Shown: positions 48,320-57,134 of the stretch, one piece after another | How the letters are laid out: the number at the start of each line of letters is the position of its first letter | How positions within the stretch are numbered: the first letter of the stretch is position 1 | Source of the DNA: Thermoanaerobaculia bacterium | Lineage (GTDB): Bacteria > Acidobacteriota > Thermoanaerobaculia > Multivoradales > UBA5704 | Assembly: GCA_044226625.1 (NCBI GenBank) | Contig: JBGAGQ010000004.1 | Span: 1-64,000, forward strand | Length of the DNA stretch: 64,000 nt | Direction of reading: 5' to 3' | Position numbers and translations under genes: made by a program | The notes under the pieces: model-generated | Told to the model about the DNA's origin: nothing | Database searches by the model: none | Seen by the model: the letters and a program-made list of their open reading frames with translations, nothing else

Positions 48320-51300
48320 TTACGGCCCCGGCGTCGCCGTAATCGCGCTCGGATCGGTGCTCAGCTTGCGCCAGTCGGTGACCGGGGTCCCTCCGAAACC
48401 GAGGCCGATCTTCTCTCCCGTCCGCTGGAACTTGTTCGGTACGTTCTGAGCCGGCGGGTAGTAGCCGATCTCCTGGCTGAACCCGATCACCTTCGCCTTG
48501 AAGAACTGGGCGACCGCTTTGAGGAAAGTAGCGTTCTGCCCGGAGTGGCAGGCGTAGAGGACGATCTCGGCGTCCGAGGTGAACTTCTTCTGGACGTCCG
48601 CGATCGTGAAAGTGGTCTTCTTACCGATCGGTTTCGGCGCGATGAACGTAGTGCCCGGTTGGTTGAGGCTCGTCATGCTCGCGGTGTCCATCGCGATCAG
48701 ACTGTTGTTCGGTGTGTTGATGTTCAGCAGGACGTCGGGCTTGGCGAGCGACATTTGCTTGATGCTGCCGCCGAAGGCAATCAGCCCTGAGTTCGCGTGG
48801 GTGAACAGGTTCACCCGTTTGACGGTGCCGTCACCCTCCTGGAGAATCGCGCCGAGCATCTCGGCGAACGTCGAGGCGACCGCGACGGTGCCGCCGGGCA
48901 CCGCGACGAAATCGTTCGTGCTCGGGCTCCACCGGCCCGCCGCGAGCTCGGCGATCTCCACCGCGTCGGTGATCGCCGGATCCCAGGAGAAATCTCCGGC
49001 GAGGTTCAACTCCTTGGTCTGGACGGTCTTCCCCGTTCCGGAGGCGCCGTCGAGCAGGTCCGCCGGAATATCCGTGGCAAAGCCGTCGATCACACTTCGG
49101 ATCAACGACGAGCGCGGCTCGCCGTCGCCCCAGGTTGCGGCGAGCGCTGCCGGATTTTGGGTGTAGCTCGCGGGAACGAAGCCGGCCGAAGCCATTCCGC
49201 CTCCGCTGCTGCTCCCGCCGCCCGATAACGGCGCCACGGCGCCGCCACCGGAACTGGAGGATCCCGCGGGCGCCTGTCCCTGGGTCTTGTCGAAGTAGTT
49301 GATCTTCGCGCCATCCTGCGAGTGGTTGCCGCCGCCGCTGATTCCCCCACCACCGCCTCCCGCGAGCCCGCCCGTGTACGCCGAGGCCGCAGTCTTCGCT
49401 AGGCTCGTGATCATCTCGGCGGCGATCCTCTGCCGCTCGGTATTCGCCTGGAGCAGGCTGTTCATGTTCGTACCGGCCTGCTGCCCGGCCGTCGCCGCCC
49501 CGGCCGAGGTCGCCTGCAGAGCGGCCTGGGCGAGCGCCAGCGTTCCTTGCAGGCCGCTCATATCGCGGAACATGCCGCCGTTCTGGATCGCCGCGAGCAC
49601 GGCCGCGGTGCCGGTCGGATCGGGCAGGCTCGCCGGGGTCGTTATGTTGATGATCGGGTTGCTTAGCTGGCCAGGTTTCACGTCCTCGTTCGTCGCCCGG
49701 CTGCCGGTCTGGATCACGGAGATCTCGGTCGGCTGGAGCGGGATCGGCGAGTCCTGCCAGTTCCAGAAACGAGTGATGTCGAGCTTTTCGGCGCAGTTCG
49801 AGCGGCCGAGCACCGCCTCGGCGAACGTGCCGCCCGAGGCGAGAGGCACGATGTCCTCCTTCGCGCTGCCGAGCCGAATGCCGTGGTCGCGCAGCCAGGT
49901 CGCCCAGCCCTCGTCGCTCGAGGCGTCAGTGTTCATCTTGAACGCGAGGTAGTTGCCCACGTAGCGGATCGGCTTCGGCTCGACCACTTGAGCGACCGGT
50001 ACCATCCTTCCGTTTATCTGGATGCCGTAGCCGGAGAGCAGGAGAGCGATCTGAGCGCCGTCGAGCGAGCGGAACACCGCGCGGCTGTAGTGCATCCGGT
50101 TGGAGTTCAAGTGTTGCTTCACGTTCGCGTTCACACCGCCCGGACGGATCTGCACCACCCGAGTCTCGCCGCCCGCTCCCTTCTTCACCGTGACTGCGGG
50201 CAGCTCGAGCGGGAAGCGCACGCCGTTGCGATTCAACGTGAGCGTCACCGTCGCCGAGACGTCGCGCTCGGAGCTGCTGCCGCTCAAACCGATCCGGCTG
50301 ACTTCCGAGAGGGCGAGGGGATGCTCCGCGCCCACCGCGCCGACCGCCGTACCCGTGAGGTTGCGGAACACGATCTTCATCGGCGTACCGCCCGCCGAGA
50401 CGACGCCCCCCTCGATCGCGACGTCGGTCGGCAGGTAGATCGAGCTCGTGTCGGGGCGCAGAACCGAGCGGTTGAGCAGGCCCGAGATCCGCGCCGATTG
50501 ATCGGCCGACCAGAGGCGGTCGTTGACCTGCTGGAACAGCGGCAGCACGTCGGAGGCACGGTACCTCACATTGCCGCCGCCGTCGGTGCGCAGCACCAAC
50601 GGCACAGGAGCCTCCACCGCCGCCGCGGGCTCGGCCGGCTCCACCGCAACGGCCAGCGCGGTGCGGCGGGGCATCGTGTAGCTGACGCCCGTCCGCGTCG
50701 TGAGCGCCTCACGCAAGAACGCACCCAGGGGGCTGCCGATGCCGGTGAAATGGGCCTCCGGCTCGGGCGCTACCTCGATGACGTCGAGGTTCAAGAGCGC
50801 TTCACGGATCGGGTAGGTGAGCGCGGCGCGCGCGAGCACGCCCTGGAACCGGCGGACCATCGCGTCGTCGTTCCAGTCGACCAGTTGCACCGGGATGAAC
50901 ACCACTTTGTCCGCTTTGACGATCGCGACCTCAACGCGGTAGACCTGCACCACCTCGTAGTAGTGGATGGTGAGGGCGTGCATGTGGTTGTAGTTCGCGA
51001 GCACCCGCGTGCTCACCCCCTCGTGCTCTCTTTGCGAAACCTCTTTGACCACCGAGGCACGCCGGCTCCGACTGCTGTGGGCGTGCTGGTGGGTCCGGTC
51101 GTTGACGCTCTGCATCATCGTGCTGCCGATTTCGCGGTGGCCGAACGAGGTGGAATAGCTGTCGGCGTGAGTGTCGGTGGTCGCCTCGCTGCTGGTGTGT
51201 CCCATCGAGCCGCTCGGCCCGCCGAACAGACCGCCGAGCGGCGCCGAGATCTCGCCCGCGGCCGAGGTCCCCTGCTCCGTCGAGCGGCTGTTGCTGTTGG

Positions 51301-52237
51301 CTTCGGAGAACCCTTTTTGAGCCTCGTTCGCTACCGCTTGGGTAACCTCGCTGATCGATCGGTTCTGCGACGTGTCGTTGGTGAGGTCGTCGGTCTCGCT
51401 GATCACCTCGGTCTCGCCCGCGCGGCTCTTCCGCGACCAGTCGATCACCGCCACGCGCGTGCTCTCGCCCGGTGCGAGCGAGGTGCTGTGGAGCAGTTGA
51501 CCGAGCGTCACTCCTTGGGCGTACCACGATTGGTTGATCGTCAGGAGCGCGCCGAAGGCGATGCGCTTGAAGCCGGCGTCTCCGGCGGCGAGCTTTGCAA
51601 GGTCGAGCGGTTTGAACGCGGCACCGGCAATGTCGACGACGGCCTCGCGGTTCTCGAGCTGGATCTCATCCATGAGCAGTGTCGTGTACTGCACCCGCTC
51701 GGTTGGATACTCGCCCGTCTTGGGCAGCAGGTCGGTCGGCCGCTCGGGATCGAAATCGGGGGCGTTCTCCGGAAAATACAACGTAGAAAGGATCTGGAGC
51801 GCCGCCCGATACGGCGGGTAGAGCGCAAGGTCGCGAACGCTCTGAACATCGAGCACCTTCTCGACGTCGGCCACGCGGGAGGTCGGAATGCTTTCGAGCA
51901 CCCCGACCGGGAGGAATTGGAGCTCCTCGACCTTGCGCCCCACCGCGAGCCCCTCGCGCACGAGGTCGGTGGGAGCGCTGCCATGTTGATAAAGCGGAGA
52001 GCGGAGGTTTCCTCCCGCCTCCAGCACTTTGCCCGCGGCGGAGAAAACCGCCGAGGTGGCGAGATCGAAAACCGTTTCGATCTCCAAGCTCTGGAGAAGG
52101 GCAGCGGCTTCGGGGCCGACGCCCAACAGAACGTGCGGCGAGCGGTGCAACAGATCGCGCAGGGGAAGGTTGCGGAACTCGGTGCGTATCAGGTCGAGCA
52201 GTTCGTCCGTCGAGCTGCGGTTGATCGTTGCGGGCAT
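48320..52237 (-). CDS. Large hypothetical protein; putative beta-pore-forming/translocation region plus C-terminal His-Cys protease-like domain
   Basis: 1305-aa ORF with GAGGAGG RBS; Ser/Thr-rich hairpin region; Gly/Ser linkers; C-terminal VNLFTHA...IVLYACHSG. Confidence 0.75.
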   Translation of the reverse strand: MPATINRSSTDELLDLIRTEFRNLPLRDLLHRSPHVLLGVGPEAAALLQSLEIETVFDLATSAVFSAAGKVLEAGGNLRSPLYQHGSAPTDLVREGLAVGRKVEELQFLPVGVLESIPTSRVADVEKVLDVQSVRDLALYPPYRAALQILSTLYFPENAPDFDPERPTDLLPKTGEYPTERVQYTTLLMDEIQLENREAVVDIAGAAFKPLDLAKLAAGDAGFKRIAFGALLTINQSWYAQGVTLGQLLHSTSLAPGESTRVAVIDWSRKSRAGETEVISETDDLTNDTSQNRSISEVTQAVANEAQKGFSEANSNSRSTEQGTSAAGEISAPLGGLFGGPSGSMGHTSSEATTDTHADSYSTSFGHREIGSTMMQSVNDRTHQHAHSSRSRRASVVKEVSQREHEGVSTRVLANYNHMHALTIHYYEVVQVYRVEVAIVKADKVVFIPVQLVDWNDDAMVRRFQGVLARAALTYPIREALLNLDVIEVAPEPEAHFTGIGSPLGAFLREALTTRTGVSYTMPRRTALAVAVEPAEPAAAVEAPVPLVLRTDGGGNVRYRASDVLPLFQQVNDRLWSADQSARISGLLNRSVLRPDTSSIYLPTDVAIEGGVVSAGGTPMKIVFRNLTGTAVGAVGAEHPLALSEVSRIGLSGSSSERDVSATVTLTLNRNGVRFPLELPAVTVKKGAGGETRVVQIRPGGVNANVKQHLNSNRMHYSRAVFRSLDGAQIALLLSGYGIQINGRMVPVAQVVEPKPIRYVGNYLAFKMNTDASSDEGWATWLRDHGIRLGSAKEDIVPLASGGTFAEAVLGRSNCAEKLDITRFWNWQDSPIPLQPTEISVIQTGSRATNEDVKPGQLSNPIINITTPASLPDPTGTAAVLAAIQNGGMFRDMSGLQGTLALAQAALQATSAGAATAGQQAGTNMNSLLQANTERQRIAAEMITSLAKTAASAYTGGLAGGGGGGISGGGNHSQDGAKINYFDKTQGQAPAGSSSSGGGAVAPLSGGGSSSGGGMASAGFVPASYTQNPAALAATWGDGEPRSSLIRSVIDGFATDIPADLLDGASGTGKTVQTKELNLAGDFSWDPAITDAVEIAELAAGRWSPSTNDFVAVPGGTVAVASTFAEMLGAILQEGDGTVKRVNLFTHANSGLIAFGGSIKQMSLAKPDVLLNINTPNNSLIAMDTASMTSLNQPGTTFIAPKPIGKKTTFTIADVQKKFTSDAEIVLYACHSGQNATFLKAVAQFFKAKVIGFSQEIGYYPPAQNVPNKFQRTGEKIGLGFGGTPVTDWRKLSTDPSAITATPGP

Positions 52238-52307
52238 AGCTCCTCCTCGTCACCCCACGTTGGCGGCCGGCGGAGCGATTTGTTACAGGAGGAGCTGGAA
52301 CATGGGG

Positions 52308-52961
52308 TTACCGCCGCATCAACCGGAACGCGAATTCCCGGCCCAGACCGCGCGGATAGGCGAGGGTGATCCAGAGGAGCGCCTGGGCTTCGAGGAGCGA
52401 GGAGGCGGAAAGCGGCCCGAAATCCTGCGGCTCGAACCCGAGGTCGGCGGCGAGCGCGTGAGCGACCGACTTCGCCTCCGCGTCATCGCCCGCGTATAGC
52501 ATCGTGGCGGCGCCGTCCGGGTAGGCGGGTTTCTCCATGTTGTTCGCGCCGGTCGAGTTGAAGATCTTGACCACTTTGGCGCCCGGAACCCACGCGGCGA
52601 CTTGCTGGCCGCCGCTGCCCGCCGATGGAACGTCGAGCCCGGTGAGGTTCGGCAGCAGCGGATTCGTCGCGTCGAGCACGATCTTTCCGGACAGATCGCC
52701 CGCGCTCCGCAAGGCCGCCTCCGTGGCATCCCACGGCACCGCGAGCACGACGACGTCGGCGAACGCCGCCGCCTCGGCAGCCGAGCCGCTCCGGCCTCCC
52801 GTTTCTGAAATCAAGGCGGCGAACCGGTCCTTGGATTTCTCCGAGCCGCCCCGCGAAACGAAGAACAGCTCATGCCCCGCTTTCGCCCAGCCGCGCCCTA
52901 AGGCGCCGCCCACGCTGCCGGTGCCGAAGACGGCGATCTTGCTCTTGGACGTCCCTGTCAT
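52308..52961 (-). CDS. NADPH-dependent F420 reductase-like (Rossmann) oxidoreductase
   Basis: GTGSVG, VVLAVPW, DATNPL, VVKIFN, AGDDAEAK. Confidence 0.88.
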   Translation of the reverse strand: MTGTSKSKIAVFGTGSVGGALGRGWAKAGHELFFVSRGGSEKSKDRFAALISETGGRSGSAAEAAAFADVVVLAVPWDATEAALRSAGDLSGKIVLDATNPLLPNLTGLDVPSAGSGGQQVAAWVPGAKVVKIFNSTGANNMEKPAYPDGAATMLYAGDDAEAKSVAHALAADLGFEPQDFGPLSASSLLEAQALLWITLAYPRGLGREFAFRLMRR

Positions 52962-53033
52962 GCGTTCCTCCTGTTTCTTCCGATCGAAAGTCGGCTCCGA
53001 AAACCATCGGCCCCGGCGGCGAAATTCCAGGTT

Positions 53034-56000
53034 TCATCCCAAGAACCCGAACGTCTCCACCGCCCGTGCCCGTCCCTCCCCCGCGTCGATCCGTTCGATC
53101 TCGGCGAGGTAAGCCTCCTCGAGGTTCGGTTCGGCCAGGTCACCTTGGATCGGATCTCCGGGGCGGGCGACGGCGCGGACTTCGAGGCCTTCCAGGCGCC
53201 GGACGCGGGCGGTGACGCGGTAGCGATGGCTAAACGAGGTCAGATCGGAGTCAGCGAGGAGCGCCGAGAAGACCTGGCCTCGGGCTCTTTCGAGGAGGGC
53301 GTCGGGGGCGCCGTCGAAGCGGAGTCGGCCGCGGTGGATCAGAAGGATGCGCGAGGCCGCGGCCTCGATGTCGCTCGCTATGTGAGTGGAGAAGAGCACG
53401 ATCCTGTCGGCGGCCTGTTCGAGAAGGATCTGGCGGAAGCGGGCCCGCGATTCGATGTCGAGGCCGGTCGTCGGCTCGTCGACGATCAGGATCGGCGGCG
53501 CGCCGAGCAGCGACCGGGCGATTCCGACCCGCTGCCGCATTCCACCCGAGAAATCGCGTACCTTCCGGCCGGCATGCTCGGCAAGGCCGACCGCGGCGAG
53601 CAGCGTTTCGATCTCCGCAGATCGCCTTGTCGGATCGTCGATCCGCCGCTCACGCGCCCAGTGATCGAGGAACTGTTCGGCGGTGAAATCCGGATAAGCG
53701 TTGAACTCCTGCGGGAGAAATCCGATTCGTAGCCTGTAGTCCGCGAGGTTCTCCGGCGTGACCTCGACGTTTCGGAAGGAAACCGAGCCGCGAGTGGGCG
53801 ATAGAAGCCCCGTGAGCAGACGGAGCAGCGTGGTCTTGCCCGCGCCGTTCGGCCCGAGCAAGCCGGTGATTCCGGGGGTGAGCTCGAAGCTCACCTGCCG
53901 GAGCGCCCGGTGGCCCGAGGAGTAGGTCTTCGCGAGACTCCTCACGGCGATCCGCGGCGGATCCACGCCCACCTCCGCGTTCCAGGCGGGAGGATGTCGG
54001 CGGCGGCGGTTCAACTCAGGATCCCGGGCCTGAAAGCGAGCGACCGCGAGGAGCAGCGGCGGCACTACGAGCAGGGCGACCGCGAGCGCGACCGAACCGG
54101 ACACGGCGGCGACGCGTAGCGGCACGACCCAGCGCGCGCGGATGAAATCGGCGCCCAGGGTGGGAAGAAAGCAAACGAGCGCGACCGGCACGAGCGCGCA
54201 GGTGAGCCACGGCGTCTCGCGGCGCAGCTGGCGATACACGCGATAGAGGGAGTCGGCGCCCGCCGACCGGACTCGCCGGCCGAGCCCGGATCCCGCATCC
54301 GCTGCCGCGGCCACCGTGGCTGCCTCCGCCGCCTCCGCCGTTGCGGGGAGAGACAGGCAGAGACTCGCGATCAAGGCGAGAACGGACAACTCGTCCACCT
54401 CGCCGAGGGTCGCCGCAACGAGCGGCGTCGCCGCGAGGAGGCCTGCCGCGAGCGGCACCAGGGCGACCCACGCCGCCAGGATCCCGTTCAGGCGCCAACC
54501 GGCGACCGCGAACAGCAGCAGCGGCACGGCGAGGCCGAACGCGAGAAGCCGTAGCCGCTCTTGTCGCCAGTAGAGAAACGACAACCGCGGCCGTTCGAGG
54601 TCGACCCCGGCGGGCAGCCGCAGACGCTCGAGCCCCCGGTCGACGTCCTTCCGTCGCAGGACGCGGGCATCGCGCGCCCCCTCGTGGAAACGAACCTCGA
54701 TCGGCACCACCCACCGACCGGACTGGCGTTCGACCCTCGGGATCACCGAGTCTTCCCGCAAGGCGAAAAGCGCGGCGGGCACGACCGTCCGGTCGCCGAT
54801 CGGCAGCGGCTTCGAGAGAAGCGACGCCATCTGCGGGATCTCGCGATCGGGATCGAGCGCAGAGCCCGCAGGCACGACGACCAAGGACCGCGAAACACCC
54901 CCGAGACCGGGGGAGAGCGGCCGCCGAGAAGGGGCGGTGCTCGCCAGAGCCAGGGCTCGAGTCACCGCGTCGACGTCGGTTCGGGAGGCGCTCGGAAGCG
55001 GCTCGAGCGTGAGCAGGGCCGAGGGGGCATCCCAGCCCGTGATCGATCGCGAGCGGATCTTGGCGTCGGCCAATCGGCCGAGAATCCGGACGTAGGCGGC
55101 CGACAGGGCCTCGAGGTCGCCTCCGCGCAGGACCATGCGATACCAGAGCGCCTCCTCGTCGGCTTCCGCTCGATCTTCAAGCTCGGCGGCGAAGGCTCCG
55201 GCGCCGGCCGCCCCCGCCCCGGTCTCGATGCGTGCCGAGGCCGCCGCAGGAATCTCGTACCGGAGGGTGGTCGCGAGCGCGGCCAACCGGTCGGGGCGCC
55301 GGTCGCTCGGGCGAACCTCCACTCTGAGGTAGGCATGTCCGGCGCGGAAGCTGCTCCAGTAGCGTTCGATCGCCCCGGAGCGATCGAGCCGGAGCTCGAC
55401 CGCCCGCACCTGTGTCGCGGTCTCTTCGAGCGTCGCGCCTTCGGGGAGATTCATTCGAATCTCGAAGCTGCCGCCGTCGGGCGAGAGATCCCCCGGACGG
55501 GGAACGAGCGCGCCGCCATAGAGCGCAGCGAGCAGTCCGCACACGGTCCCGAGGACCAGCACGGCGGTGCCCGGGTCGCGCAGCGTCCGCCGTAGCCAAG
55601 GAAGCGGCCCGGCGGTCAGCGCGCGCCATCCGGCGACCAGGGCGCGGCGCGGCGAATTCCGAAATTCGGCGGAGACACTTCGCGACACCGAAGCCCGAGG
55701 GCCGCTCCCTGACTCCCCTGATCTCGCGGGCGGTAGAGCGGCGGCGAGGACTGCTGCGGCGGCGGCGAGAAACAGGGCGCGCGCAGGCTCGGAAAGCAGC
55801 GGAGAAAGAGCGGGACCGGCGAAGGCGACGGAGGCCGGCAACGTCGCGGCGGCCAAGGCCGTGGTCAGCGCGAACGACCGATAGCCGCGGCCCCCTGATC
55901 GGCCCAGTCGGAGAGCGACGGCCGGGAGCGCCGCCGTAGAGCCGAGAAGGAGCGCCACCAACGTGGTCACATCGAGCGGAAGCCCGGCGAGCCAGAGCGC

Positions 56001-57134
56001 GTTGACGGCTGCCGCGAGGCCAGCCGGAAGGGCTAGACCGAGGCTCCACGCTCCCGTCGTGCCGGCGAGCCGGTAGCCGAGACCGGCCGCCACGACCGCA
56101 GCCGCGAGCAACCCGAGCGCCATCCTGAGGAGCAGAGATCGGAGCGGCTCGGCCTCGCTCCAATCGATGGTGCCGCGGACGTGGAGGGAACTCTGGGCGA
56201 GCTGCTCGATCTGGAGCCGGAGCGCGCGGTCGGCCGCGAGAACCGACGCCCCCTCCGCCCGCCAGACGAACAGCGCGCGGGCGGGTCGGCCGCGGTAGCG
56301 GACCTGGAATTCGGGCGGCGGGTAGCGCTCGCGTACCGCGGCCACGGTGGAAAGCGGAGCCGCGCCCGTGGCGAGAGAAGCCCCATCCGCCTCCTCGATC
56401 CGGCTCGACGGCGCCGATCGGAGATCGGGCCGAGCTCCCGGCCAAGGTACTGGCACGCGAACCAACGTCTCGGGCGCCGCCGGCTCGACGACGACCGGCA
56501 TTCGAAAGTCCCCGCTCCGCGCCGTACCAAGATCGCCACGGCGGAACGCGCCGTCCAGAATCTCCCGGATTCGGCCGACGGCCGCCGCCGGATCGCGGAG
56601 GCCGGCCGCGAGCTCCACCCGGATCTCCTCGCGCCGGAGCCCGAGGGCATCCACCGAGCGGACGCCGGGAACGCCACGCAACTCCTCGGCCGCCGCCTCG
56701 GCCGCGGCGTCGGACGTCGCGCCGGATAGCCAGACCAGCGCCAGCAGATGTCCCTCCACTTGAGAGGCTGGATCGACAGATAGCGTCGCACCTGGTGGCA
56801 ACCGCCGCCGCAACGGGGCGAGCTCCGACAGGAGGCGCGCCGCCTTGCTCTCCGGATCGGTGCCGGCGGCGAAGCGGACGCGGATCTCTGCGCCGTCCGA
56901 GCGTACTTCGCCCGCGCTCCCTCGCACCCGGCCGAGCGAGCGGATCGCCGCCTCGATCTCTTCCACCCAGTCGCGCGCGACCGAGGCCGGTTCGCGCGCC
57001 TCAGGCAGCGCGAGGGCGATCGTCAGCTCGGGGAAGCTCCGCCGCGGGAGATAGTCGAGCGACAGCCGGGAGAACGAGACGCTCCCCAGGATCAACAACC
57101 CGAAGGTAGCCACCCGGCGGGCGATCGGCTTCAT
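53034..57134 (-). CDS. Degenerate RND (AcrB-like) permease fused to a C-terminal ABC ATPase
   Basis: AcrB-like N-terminus (RLSLDYLPRRSFPELTI, VEEIEAAI), two TM blocks and LPEGATLEET; then an intact NBD (GPNGAGKTT, FLPQ, FSGGMRQ, IVDEPTTGLD, STH) in one open frame. Confidence 0.85.
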   Translation of the reverse strand: MKPIARRVATFGLLILGSVSFSRLSLDYLPRRSFPELTIALALPEAREPASVARDWVEEIEAAIRSLGRVRGSAGEVRSDGAEIRVRFAAGTDPESKAARLLSELAPLRRRLPPGATLSVDPASQVEGHLLALVWLSGATSDAAAEAAAEELRGVPGVRSVDALGLRREEIRVELAAGLRDPAAAVGRIREILDGAFRRGDLGTARSGDFRMPVVVEPAAPETLVRVPVPWPGARPDLRSAPSSRIEEADGASLATGAAPLSTVAAVRERYPPPEFQVRYRGRPARALFVWRAEGASVLAADRALRLQIEQLAQSSLHVRGTIDWSEAEPLRSLLLRMALGLLAAAVVAAGLGYRLAGTTGAWSLGLALPAGLAAAVNALWLAGLPLDVTTLVALLLGSTAALPAVALRLGRSGGRGYRSFALTTALAAATLPASVAFAGPALSPLLSEPARALFLAAAAAVLAAALPPARSGESGSGPRASVSRSVSAEFRNSPRRALVAGWRALTAGPLPWLRRTLRDPGTAVLVLGTVCGLLAALYGGALVPRPGDLSPDGGSFEIRMNLPEGATLEETATQVRAVELRLDRSGAIERYWSSFRAGHAYLRVEVRPSDRRPDRLAALATTLRYEIPAAASARIETGAGAAGAGAFAAELEDRAEADEEALWYRMVLRGGDLEALSAAYVRILGRLADAKIRSRSITGWDAPSALLTLEPLPSASRTDVDAVTRALALASTAPSRRPLSPGLGGVSRSLVVVPAGSALDPDREIPQMASLLSKPLPIGDRTVVPAALFALREDSVIPRVERQSGRWVVPIEVRFHEGARDARVLRRKDVDRGLERLRLPAGVDLERPRLSFLYWRQERLRLLAFGLAVPLLLFAVAGWRLNGILAAWVALVPLAAGLLAATPLVAATLGEVDELSVLALIASLCLSLPATAEAAEAATVAAAADAGSGLGRRVRSAGADSLYRVYRQLRRETPWLTCALVPVALVCFLPTLGADFIRARWVVPLRVAAVSGSVALAVALLVVPPLLLAVARFQARDPELNRRRRHPPAWNAEVGVDPPRIAVRSLAKTYSSGHRALRQVSFELTPGITGLLGPNGAGKTTLLRLLTGLLSPTRGSVSFRNVEVTPENLADYRLRIGFLPQEFNAYPDFTAEQFLDHWARERRIDDPTRRSAEIETLLAAVGLAEHAGRKVRDFSGGMRQRVGIARSLLGAPPILIVDEPTTGLDIESRARFRQILLEQAADRIVLFSTHIASDIEAAASRILLIHRGRLRFDGAPDALLERARGQVFSALLADSDLTSFSHRYRVTARVRRLEGLEVRAVARPGDPIQGDLAEPNLEEAYLAEIERIDAGEGRARAVETFGFLG

